A DNA stretch of 62,000 nt from Lama guanicoe (Eukaryota). Location of the stretch: assembly GCA_013239625.1 (NCBI GenBank), contig MU054391.1, forward strand, positions 186,001 through 248,000, written 5' to 3'. The notes beneath the pieces were generated by a model. That model was not told the origin of the DNA. It saw nothing but the letters and a program-made list of their open reading frames with translations, and made no database searches. Both the position numbers and the translations under genes were made by a program. The first letter of the stretch is position 1. The number at the start of each line of letters is the position of its first letter. Shown here in pieces: positions 12,928 through 24,187 of the stretch.

Positions 12928-13654
12928 TGATATTATTCAAAGTAAAGTTTCATTTTCTGTTTCCTGTGTGTCTGAGGACAGTGGGCGTTCAGCGTATGTC
13001 CAGACTCTCCAAGAGCAGGTTATGACAGAAGTTCCCCACGACCCACGTGCCGTCATTCCCTGTGGCGTTTTGTCCCTGAGCTGTGCCCTGTGGTCAAGTG
13101 TCCAGCTCACCGACCGGCTACCTGAACAGACAGCAGCCAGACGTTTCTCAGAGAACAAAGGACAACCCAGTGTCTGGCCATCCTGTGCCCAGAGGGTCCT
13201 TCCTTCTCTCCAGGACACACCCTGCTTAGGTGCGGACTGAGTGGTGGCCAGGGGCCGAGTGTTGGGACCACAGGTACCCAACTTCCCAAGTCCCAAGTGT
13301 GGGTCCTCAGGGCTTGAGTGCAGCATATGAAAGAGTGTGTCTCCTGTTTCCAGTCCCCTGAGCCATCAACGCCCCAAGAAAGAAACTGGCTTGCTTTCAA
13401 GCTTATAAAAACCAGCCAGAGGGCACAGGCTAAGTTTAGACAACTAAAAACAAAGTGAAAACTTGGCTTTTAAAATAATAATTTTTTGTTTTTGTTTTCT
13501 GGTTTTTAAAAGCTGTTTTTGTAATGTACTTATATAGTGATACAAAATCAGATTCGTAAAATTTCATTGTTATCATGACAATAAATCTGCTTTGGACTCA
13601 GAGAAGATGAAGAACTTCTGTGATGAAGTTCTGGTTTTTCCTCTTAAAAGCCAT

Positions 13655-13905
13655 ATGTGCAAATACTGTGTGATTCCACTTAAACGAGGTGCTGAGAGTT
13701 GTCAAAATCACAGAGGCGGGAGGCGTGACTCCAGGTGCCAGGGCGGGGGGAGGGGACGGGGTCAGTGTGCAGGCAGGACAGGGCCCAGCTGTACAAGGTG
13801 AGGTGTGTTCTGGGGGTGGACGGTGGTGAAGATGGCGTGGCCACGTGGACCATTTGCGCCGCTGGGCCGAGCACGCTGGTAAGCTTTGTGTAACTTACCA
13901 CAGTG
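13655..13905 (+). mobile_element. L1MB-type LINE-1 3' UTR fragment, GC-shifted
   Basis: caaatactgtgtgattccacttaaacgaggtgctgagagttgtcaaaatcacagagg...gtgccagggcgggggga...gttctgggggtggacggtggtga matches the L1MB 3' end. Confidence 0.7.
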
Positions 13906-16900
13906 CAGACACTGAATGTGTATGATTAGTTGTAGAAATAAAATTATGATCATGAACATTAATCTGTCTGTCATTTATTTCTTTTTAATCACTTTTCCCT
14001 TAAAAACCTGGATCATTTGCGGCATCTCTGGCTTTATCAGACACACACACCTTTATGACGTGTGTCTCTGGTGTGGATGCAGATTTACTTACTGATACTT
14101 GTCTTTCTTTTAAATATTATGCTTTTAAACAGACACTGAAAATACAAAGAATGAAGAAAGATTCTGAAAAATGGCAGCCTTGGTTCCACTCTTTTCTACT
14201 TTTACAAAAGAAATACCAAATTTTTGTGGCAGCTGGACCACTGTGCTATTCTGTGTGGCTGTTGGAACACAAATGTAAATTTTCTGAACCTCTCTAAACA
14301 GGAGGATTCTTATCAGAACTTCATTGAGATAATTTGCTGATTTTATGAAGTAGGTGTAATACATCTCAGCAAATTCTAAGAATGCAGGGTTCACGCAGGT
14401 CCGTGGGGACAGACGGGAAGTGGACTTGCCTTCCGGCAGGAGAGGTGGCTCAGCGGCTCCGGATGTGGATGCCCTGCTGGCGTCAGCCGCGCACCCGCGT
14501 GTCCCCGGAGGAGGATCGGGGAGGCCAGCGCCGCGGACGGGACACTCTCGGTCCGCAGCTGCCCTGCACCAGCAGACGCCCTGCCCCGGGAGTTCCGTCC
14601 ACAGTTCCCTGTAGCCCCAGACTCGGGCAGCTTCCTGCGGTGCAGAGCGTGAGGCAGAAGGAAGTCCTGTGACTCACCGGACGGCTGCCTCGTCCCACAA
14701 ACGGTTCCAGGCGAGTTGGGGGTCCGGCCCAAACGCAGCCCAGGAAGAAGCAGGCCTTTCTGCTGTTGCATCTTGAGTGGAGCAGGTGCAAAGCATGGTG
14801 GCTCAGCCGACAGGCAGAGACGGCCACACTCGGGGCACTTGGCCTCAGCTGGCGTTGCCGCCCTGCTTGGACGCGGCGGTGGGATTCCTCGCCTCCCCAG
14901 GTTTCAGAAGCAAAGCCTTCCAGCGAGACCAGAGCACACGCACTCAATAAAAGAAACGACAAGCTCTTGCTGGGTGAGCGAGACCCCCTGGGGGAAAGTC
15001 CCTTTAAAGCTGCTTGACGCCAGGATTCGGCGAAGTGGGGAACCAAGTGGACCTCCGCTCCCACCGGCCAGTCCCTCGAGGTCCGGAACCCAGATGCTCA
15101 GGGGCTGTGACCCGATGGGAGTGCTGTGCTCAGGGTTTTGAGGGCCTGAGACCCGCAAGCCACAGACACCCGTGGGGAGACTGTTACCCTGACGTGCAGC
15201 TACATGTGTGTGCATCTCAGTCACAAGAACGTTTTGATGCTAATCTTTAACCATTTTCTATAAAAAATAAAACACAGGCACAGAATGTAAGACAAAAACC
15301 ATCCAAGATCATTAGTGGAATTTTGTTTCTCAGTGCGTCTGTGGTGCTCAGCTCAGCCATGCTCAGGGGACACGGCAACTCCCAGGACAAGCGCGCAGGT
15401 AGAAGCTTCCGGAAGCACCTGGGGCCGGCGCAGGTGGCAGCCTGCGCCCCAGAGACTCTGAGGCCTGGGGACGTTCTCATCAGCTCCTTCAACCAGAGGC
15501 TGAGTGTGGTGGGAGATGGGACGTTTCGTCCTGTGAATTGGGCTCCACTGCTGTCCCACTTCACGGTGACGTTTACGACTGAGCCCTGGGAGGCCTGCGT
15601 AGCCCACGGAGGTCACGGATTAGGCAGTGACCGTGAGGATCTGAGCCCAGCGTCTGTCCATTGCCGAAGCCGGGCGCTTTCCAGGGACAGGCCTTTGTTA
15701 AAATCCAGAATAACGACCTGTTCAGGTACCGATGCGTGACGGGAAAGACACGGGGACACCCACGTGCAGGGCTCAGATGTGGAGGAGAGATGCCTGCTGT
15801 CACCCTGTAATAGATAAAAGTATGAAAAAGTAGTTAAGAAAACTCACAGAGCAATGAAGGAAAAGGAAAGACTCGGTCAGGGTGGCTGTGAGCACGGCCA
15901 GGAAATGGGACCAAATTACAGACATTTTGCTCCATTAAGTTTTGATGAGGAAACGATGGCCAAGGCGCCCCGACCCTTGGGAGGAGAGATGAGTGCAAAG
16001 CCGCCTCTCCGGTCCAAGCGGGAGGATCCCCGGCCACACATGGCCCTGCCAGGCACACGGCCCTGGACCTCGGCTCTGAGCTGGAGACGCGGTGGCGGTG
16101 CTTCCCTTGGCACCCGTCTCTGTCCATGAGGAGAGGGAGTAGCCTCTGTCTTGGCTTCGCTTCCGTCCAGTTTCCCTCTTCGCCACTTTTCCTCCCTGGT
16201 GATGCCTCTCCGTGTAATTCAGTGTCGCTCATGCTCTTCAGCACTTGACAAGTTTTGATGACAGGTTGGCTGCATAAGATTGTGATGAAGTGTCTGAAAG
16301 CATTTGCACACACGTACAAGTCCAGCTGACTCTTCTGCTAATAAAATTCATGTCATTTTTTCTGGCTACAACTATCTCTTTGAACAGCGTGAACTGAAAA
16401 GGAATGTCAGAATGTCACATAGCAGGTGACCTGTGCACTGTCTACACAGCAATGCCGGACAGAGGTGGAGACTTGGAGACTCAGGAGCCCGGGGCCCAGG
16501 ACGTGGGTCTGGGTGACACTTTACAAGAAATGGACATGGTCTCTGAGACTCTGGGACTCCCTGTGGCCAAGTTCTGTTTCTTTTTACTCCCTATTTCATG
16601 CAAGGAATAGTATAGAGACCTTCAGGCTGCAGAATTTGGACAGAATTGCTCTCATAACAGATTGTAATACAGTGAAATATGATTTATAATAAAGGATGAT
16701 TTTGATTTAAGTGGAAATAGTACATGTTAGCAACAACTGTAGATGTGGTACACTTGACCCCAGGCTGGTTTGAAGCACTTACTGGGCAGTGGGAAACTAG
16801 TGAAGGGTCTGGCTTTGAAATAAGAAAACAGGGCATAACAGAAAAGCTCATGGCGGTCAGTGCTCAGGAGATTAACAGACTAATCCTACTGGGTCCAAGT

Positions 16901-18469
16901 CCGCTTCTATTCAGCTTCTGGCGAGGGCCCTGTCCGTGGCCCCCGCGCCCAGCACCCTCCCCCCGGGGCCTTGGCTCTGGGCTTCATCTCCAGCCTCACT
17001 TCTGCCTCCAAACGCACTCACTCCAGCCCCTTTCACTCCGTCTTCTCCAAAAAGCGACTTCAGAAGTCAGCAGCATCAAAAGTCAGGACAGCTGTGCTCG
17101 CTTCACCCAAACCCTCAGATGCTGGTTTGTCAGATGGAGAACAGGGAGCAGAACTGGCCCCCACACCAGATTCACTGCAAATGTTCACTTTTCAAATCTG
17201 TGTCAGATGAGCAGCTTTATGGGGTTCTCTATTATCTATTTAACCTCAAAGCAACAGCTTATATGTTCCTCAGGTCCCTCGGTGAAACGCAAAGTGCAGA
17301 CAGACAGACAATTCTAGACCAGCTCCACTCACGGCTGACTGAGAACAAGCCGTTCCAGAGGGGGCTGCACACCGGTCAGGCATGCCGAAACGACAAATGG
17401 AATTTCTAAACTTCTCACTCTGTGAATGTCTCTGAACGAGGGAGAGAAAACAGCTGAAAACTAGTTCAAATAGCAAGAAAATTTCTGGGAAGAAAGCGAA
17501 TTTGACTTTACATGTGTGAAACTGATCTTCAGGAGAAAATGTGGACTCAAGACAATTTTATTCCTATAAATGTACCTTCTTTTTACGACAGTGAAGTGAC
17601 CATGGCACCAAAAACATAAAACAGAGAAAAGAAAAACTCACTTTGCGCAGTGCCACCACCACGACAGCTCAGAGCGGCTTCTCCAGGTCCGTCCTCTACG
17701 GCTGAACAGTCACACTTAAACGTAGGGCCGTTCATGTCCGTGTTTGTATTTCAACTCAGTTATCGGTCGGTCCTGATGTTGTCACGGAGGCTTCCAGCTC
17801 GGGTGGGAGGAGGACTCGGCCTTTTCCCGATTTCTCTTGTCTGTTTCCCACCAGACGTTTTACGTGCTACTCGGCGCCTGTCCGCCTCCCAGATGGAGAA
17901 GGGACGCGGACGGACCACGGGACGGACTTCAGGCTCTTTGAGTTCCGGGCTGGCTCAGCTTCCTGGGGGCACGTCCAGATCTGCGGAGCTGCCTGTGCCC
18001 CCGGGGACAGATCTGTGCTGGTGCTGCCTGCTGGCTGGCGCTCGGGCCCGTCCACAGGGTGGTCCCCTGGCTCGAAACCAGCCCCACGTGTCCAGGGGCC
18101 AGGCCTCTCCAGATGCCCAGGAACCTTGGTCCCTGCCCCCGAGTGTCATGCAGGGGCACCCGCTTAGCATCTGCGAGGCTGGGCGGGGGCTCAGGGTCTG
18201 CCAGGACCAGCTCAGCCATGCTTGACTGGCCAGGGGCCTCATGTCCTTGGGGACCCCACACTTCTCTGGAGTCCTGCCTGCAGAGGCCACCTGGGGGTCA
18301 GGTAGAAAATGTAGTGGTGTCTGGACCCCTGTCTTTCCTGGTCCTAGGGCCTCCCCCGGGCAGGTAGGGCCCTCAGCGTGTCCTCGGTTCCCCGCACCCA
18401 CCGCTTCGCTGAGCTCTTCCACCCTGGCCTTTGGTGCCATAGGAAAAGCTTCAGGGAGTAGAAAGTGTA

Positions 18470-18537
18470 ATACACGTGTGTGTGTACAGAGGTGTGTGTG
18501 TACGCATGTGTACGTGTGCTTATATACGAGCACACAT
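18470..18537. repeat. Degenerate alternating purine-pyrimidine (TG/CA/TA) simple repeat
   Basis: tacacgtgtgtgtgtacagaggtgtgtgtgtacgcatgtgtacgtgtgc read directly. Confidence 0.7.
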
Positions 18538-20429
18538 CTATTTATCCTCGCACAACGTGAATTTTAAAAATATTGTCTCAGTCGAGACGCGAATGTCTCG
18601 CTCACTGGGGGTCGGAGTCTGCTAATGCCTCTCCCTCTCCTCCGCTGTAGCAGTTTGCATCTTCCCAAGGTAGAAGGCTCTTTCTGTCTGACCAGGGAGA
18701 GATCACACACCCGGAGAAGAGAACGGGAAAAGCGCATTAGTGTAATGACGCTTTTAAATGACCTCCTTTGTACCAGTATTTGCCTTCGTTTCTCATGTTT
18801 ACTGGAAATTTGTTGGGAATGGAATAAATTGGAGGGTGGAGAGAGGAGGTAACGTTTTGGAGTGAGCTTCATGGGGCTGTGGACAGACACCCGGCGGTCT
18901 TCCCCGCTGCCCTGCAGACATGGACGTGAGCCGACCCAGCAAGGCTGAGTCTGTTGTCTCGGGTGGAGGTGCCCTAACTCAGACCGGCCTCCTTGTTGAT
19001 CACAGGGGTGGAGCTGAGGGCTTCCTGCGTCTGTGGCAGGAGGGTGACAGGTCTGCCCCGGAAGGGGAGCTCTGGGCCCTGTCTGATGCTCTGGCCCTTC
19101 GCAGAGCTCCCTGGTGCGGGTCCAGCTCTTGCTGAGATGGTGGGAGGTGGCCCTGTGAGCACTTTGCAAACGCTGAGAACACACGTAAACGTCAGTCATT
19201 CGGAAGAATCTTGGAGTCTTCTCTGCACATTCTTGTCTATGTGATGTAAGTGGATCCTCTCTGCTAAGCCCAAGATGTCCAATGTCGTGTAAGATAAAAT
19301 GAAAAAGTTACTTCCATCTGCCTGAACCCATTTTGGAAGCTGGAGGGGATGCCGGGAGGGCCCCTTCCCACTTGCCCGCCAAGCTCTGTGCAGTGAGGGC
19401 CCAGGTGTGGTTCCTCTGATGTGCACAGAACACAGACGGACCAGAGACAAGCAAGGAACAGTGGAAATCAGGACACTTAAACTCACTCGGGGTCTGGCCT
19501 TCAGTCAGTGGTTCACCACCCTCGTTTCAGTTTCCCTGCAGGTGGGGGTCTCAGAGGGGACCCCTCATCCCCGCTGCCAATTCTGTCCCCTCTAGGTGTG
19601 GGTGCATGAGACCTCCAGGGCCCCAGGGGTGGAGGAAGCGGGTGGCCTGTCTGGGTCTCAGGGGTGACGTGTGGGCCTGAGCCCCAGCAGGGCTGCACGC
19701 TCCCAGTGTGAACCAGGGTTCGCAGTGACCCCAAGAAGGTCAGTTCTGTTCCGAGCCTCTAACAGGCCCTGTGTCAGGACCGAGGTCATCGCTGCAGAGA
19801 TGGGGCGTCTGTCCAGCAGCATGTCAGGCCAGCACACAGCTTCCTCTCAGTGCTTCCAGAAACAGGTCCCCAGTCTAACTCAGCTCCTCCATTCCACATG
19901 TGGGCCCCTGGGGGTGGTTGGTGCAGGGCAGCCCCACTGTGAAGGGGTGCCCAGGGCCGGAGCAGGCAGGCCACCCACCCCGAGGCATCTTGTGTCCCCA
20001 GGGACGTGTGGGGCAGCCGGAGTCTGCATTGCTCTCTCTGACCCTCTAGTCCTGAAACGTGTGCTAAGAGCCTCTCTATTCGTTCTAGCCTTTCTTCTTT
20101 CCAGGGGCCCCACCCTGAGGAACAGACTCAGGGGGAGGGGGACTCCCTGGGGGAGGGGCTCCGAGGCTCAGGAAGGCCGGGACCCCAGCCCCTGGGAGGT
20201 ACCACCTGACCATGAGCGTGGGTCACGAGGAGCCCCACTCAGAAGTGGTGGCGTTGCCAGGAGGCTGTGCCCAGGCCCACTTGCCTCCTCATCTCAGGTC
20301 CAGACCTTCCCTGTCCTGCGTGCTAGAGGCCCAGGGCCTCCTTGTCCTCGCCGCCTCCTGTGAGGGGTCCGCACCCTCCTGAGTCTGGCTCCGCGAGGCC
20401 TCCTGGGCGTGCCCCTGTGACAGCACAGT

Positions 20430-20790
20430 GCTCTCAGAGCCTCCTCGTCCCTTGCCTGGAATTTAAAGTGTCTCAAGCATCTTCCTGCCTCCTCCTGTCC
20501 CTCTGGCGTGCCTGAGAATGCCAGTCAGTCTGTTTCCCAGGGAAGTCGCGATCATGCCCCTCTCTCCTCAGTCTCCCTCCCGCAGCCCCTTTGACACCGA
20601 CCAGGCCGGACCTTCAGAATCATTCTCAGGCCTCGGACACCTTTGGAAGCTGCAGCTCCCCTGTTCCCTATGACTACAGCACGCTGGAGTCACATCGAGC
20701 TGTTTGCATGGGCAGACCGCCCCCCGCCCTGTTCTGGAATGTTCTATGTGCCCCTCACCGCCTAGTCCGCTCATTTCCCCCGTGAGGCCC
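20430..20790 (+). mobile_element. Degenerate L2 fragment
   Basis: cctcgtcccttgcctgga...cttcctgcctcc and tgtttgcatgggc...ctgttctggaatgttct resemble successive sense L2 blocks. Confidence 0.4.
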
Positions 20791-20929
20791 CCAGGACCCT
20801 CCCGAGGTCACACACACCTCGTGCTCTGAGGGGTGGCCACTTGTGCACGGGTCCTAGTTATGTGGACGTTAGCTAATGGCCCAGCACCTCTGTGTGACCT
20901 GATCTGATCTGAACTGAGGCGTTTTCTTC

Positions 20930-21600
20930 ACTTTGATCACATTTACTGCTTTGGGAGAGGAGTGGCCTAAGCTTAATTAATCTGTGTGGCTGCATCTTAA
21001 ATGTCCAACCCTGGCTGCAGGCTTAATCAATGGCTTTCCCTCTGGACCCCACAGCCCTCAGCTGAGCCCCCAGCAGCTCCTCTCCCTGAGGACGGCTCCA
21101 GGGCTGCTGGTTATGGGATGAATGCTGTCAGTCCAGGGTGTCTCCGCCCTCCAGCAGAAGCAATCCTATTTTCAGGGCCACGTGTGTCTGAAGCATCACT
21201 GTTTTCACATCCAAAATCAGGTGTGTTGCCAGCACATTAAATCTGCTGTGAAATGACAGTAGCTGCCAACACATGGGCGTTTGGTTAATTATTGTCTTTT
21301 TATAAACGAACTGTGCTTTAATTGACACATTTTTCTTTTACTTGAGCCACTAGTGATGTGTTATTCCGGCCTTGTCATTGTCGTAGGGTGGTTCCATAAA
21401 TAGTGTCCTTGTGAAAGGATATTACGTGGCATTTGAAAAGTGTTAATGCCAGCATCTTAGCTGTTTTAAAGGAGAAGGAATTAATTAAAAAGGGAATGAA
21501 CGGTTTCATGGAGTCACATGGGTTCAAAGCTGAATCTGTGTAAGTGAGGAGCTATGGAAAATTGAAGCTGAGCTTTTAAGTTTTTGCTTTAATTGAATTG
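20930..21600. promoter_or_regulatory. Candidate conserved non-coding element/enhancer (AT-rich, homeodomain and MEIS motifs)
   Basis: TTAATTAA 20973-20980, TTAATCAAT ~21023, TGACAG ~21254, TTAATTATTGTC ~21285, TTAATTGACA ~21318, CCATAAA ~21394 and AATTAATTAA ~21479. Not recognised as repeat. Confidence 0.35.
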
Positions 21601-24140
21601 TTCTCTTGAAGACCCTGGGTCAGTTGGAATGACAGATTTTTATTCTCTCACCATTAAAAACGTTTTCTCTTTCCAGTGAAGGAACAGAAGGAAAATACGT
21701 TCCCAGTGGGCAGTTTGTATGGACTGAATGCTTGTGATGGGGCGTCGGGGCAGGGCCTCGGGAAGGACCAGGATGGATGAGTCAGGCAGGGAGGCCCCAC
21801 CGTGGGGTCCGGGGCCCCTGGAGAGGAGGCCAAGGAGGGCTTGTGTCTCTGCAGGAGGAAGCGGAACGGCCTCGGAGTGAGACCTGCCGGGTCCGTGGAC
21901 GTCTGGCCGCACAGCTGTGATGAGTGGACGTCTGGTTGTCTGAGCTGCCTGGGCTGGCCAAGACGGATGGATACCTTGGAAGTTTTGTCAGTAAAATTCC
22001 GAATGGACAGAGAAACAACGAAAATTACAATGGCCTCTGTACAGTGGCCTGCGTTCAGTCTATGAAAACACTTGCAGGTGGAGGACCGAAGCCCATGACC
22101 TCGATTCTCCCACAGGCCTGGGGGCCAGGCAGAGGGGGTATCTGTTGTAGCTGGGAGGCTGCGGTGGGCAGTGCATCCGAGGACCCGGTGGAGCGGCGGG
22201 GGGGAAGATCTCATCCTTCCTTCCTCCTGCTCGAGGAAGCCGGCTCCAGGGCTCTGCTCAGCTTAGCACACATCCCCTGGTGGGAACCGAGGGCGGGACT
22301 GGCTGAATGAACTGCACGTGTGTGGACGTGAGTGTGGCGCGTGGACGTTAACTGCCGTGCTCTCAGATACGCCTTGTTGCCCAGATGCTGTGTGTCCTGC
22401 TTCTTGTCCTTGACAACTTTCACCCTACCCGGTGGCTGTGTGTGGTCCCGCTTTGAGCACAGCTACGCTTGTCCTAACCCAGCACGGAGGCTGTTTCCAG
22501 GACTATCTCCTAGGACCTTCGCTTTCTCCACCTTTCCTATTTAGACCTAAAATTCACCTGCGGGACGTTCTGTGTGTGTCGAGGCAGAGGTGTCTCTTTA
22601 CCTCCCACACGTGTGTCCCGTGAGCTAGTGCTGTGGCTACACGCCCTCCGGAGCCCTTCGTGGGGGCAGCTCTTCTCCAAGCTCAGCGTATCTGTCTCCT
22701 GCAGACCCACAGCGGCTCAGAGACCGAGCTGTGGAGCGAGTCTGCGCAGCGTCTCCCTCGTGTCAGATCCAGCCTCGCCTCCTGCACGTCCACCCAGCTT
22801 CAGGACGTCGGAAACAGTTTCACAGCACCAGCCGCACACGTCCTGACGGTGCATTCGTGGAATATTCATTGACTTCACAGGTTTTCAGGGGGATGACTGA
22901 TATCTTTACAACACTGAGTCCACCTCAGTTCTTTTTATTCAACTCATAATTTTGGTTGGTTTTCTGATTAATGGCCATGCACGTATTTTGTGAATTTGTT
23001 CTAATATTTAATATTTGTGGTGGCTTGTGCTACCCTTCTAAAGTCTGTTTCTAGCTTATAATAATAAAGTTACCTTAAAAAATCTGGCCTGTGCCCACAG
23101 CCTTACTGAGTCCAAATAGCCTAGATTTTTCAGGCTTCCACGTGCAGTGTGTCTTCTGTAGCTGACGACGAAGCACTTTCCCAGTCCAGCCACCACGTCT
23201 TGCTTTCTTTCTGTTGCCCTTTCGATGGCGCAGGGCTTCTGACACGACGTGGGGCAGGAGCAGGGCAGGGGCAGTCTCGTTTCACCACAGTCCCACGGGG
23301 AGGGCGTCCACAACGTGCTAACGTTTGGGACTTTTTTTTCTTGTGGACATTCTTTAACAGATTATGCACTTTCTTTTGTTTGCTCTTTGCTAAGTTTTTT
23401 TCTTTGTTAGAGGGAATGCCGACTTTTATGAAATATTTTTCCTTCATTTCTGAGAAGATCACGTACATCTTCTTGACACCCTGGGAATTTGGCAGGGACT
23501 CTCGTCTGTGGCAGGTCTCAGACTCCAAATTTGGTGCCAAATGGTGAAAAAAAATTAACAAAAAATAATGAAAATATTTGTCGAAAGTAGAACTTTCGAC
23601 AGACTTACCCCGTGAGTCTGGCTTTTGGAATCAGTGATGGCTCCAGGGGAGGTGACCCCACGGGCCACCTGTCTGGGCCCCTCCTGGCCTGATTTCTCCC
23701 CACAACCTCTCTTGTTTGGAGGTTCTCTGACCTCTTAAATCAGAGGGACACGTGTGGTTTTGGTCTAATTTTTCTTTATTTCTTTTTTTTTTCTTCCCAA
23801 GCAGAAGAATTAGAATCGTCTCATTTAGTGTCTCCTCATTGCCTTTAGGAAAAGTACGGAAACAGTGAGGTCCTCACGCCTTACGTTCTTTCGACTCTTC
23901 TTCCCGGGCTCATGTCGTGTGATTTCTACACTTTCATTCTTTGCTGCAGATATATTTTACTTGTGAGTTTACAAGGAGCTGTAGGATTTCAAAGTATCTA
24001 ATTCTGTTCTATGCACCATCACTGAACTCGAGAAGGCAAGAATTTCTTTGATAAAATGTCCTTTGAATGAGTATAATTTTACTCATAAACTTACTCTGCA
24101 TAAATCAGCATTCATGACATTTAGTCATCTTTAGCTCAGT

Positions 24141-24187
24141 GAAAGAAAGAAAGAAAAAAAGAAAGAAAGAGAGGAAAAAAGGAAGAG
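24141..24187. repeat. (GAAA)n/GA-rich simple repeat
   Basis: gaaagaaagaaagaaaaaaagaaagaaagagaggaaaaaaggaagag read directly. Confidence 0.8.

Noticed and set aside
16420..16600. Possible Tigger transposase remnant
   Set aside because: Only a vague resemblance; not supportable without alignment.
18564..19199. 211-aa minus ORF with a basic segment
   Set aside because: No recognisable homology or convincing splice boundaries; the region looks more like non-coding sequence.
19505..19730. Possible MER5-like hAT element starting CAGTGGTTC
   Set aside because: Similarity beyond the terminus is too weak to call by eye.
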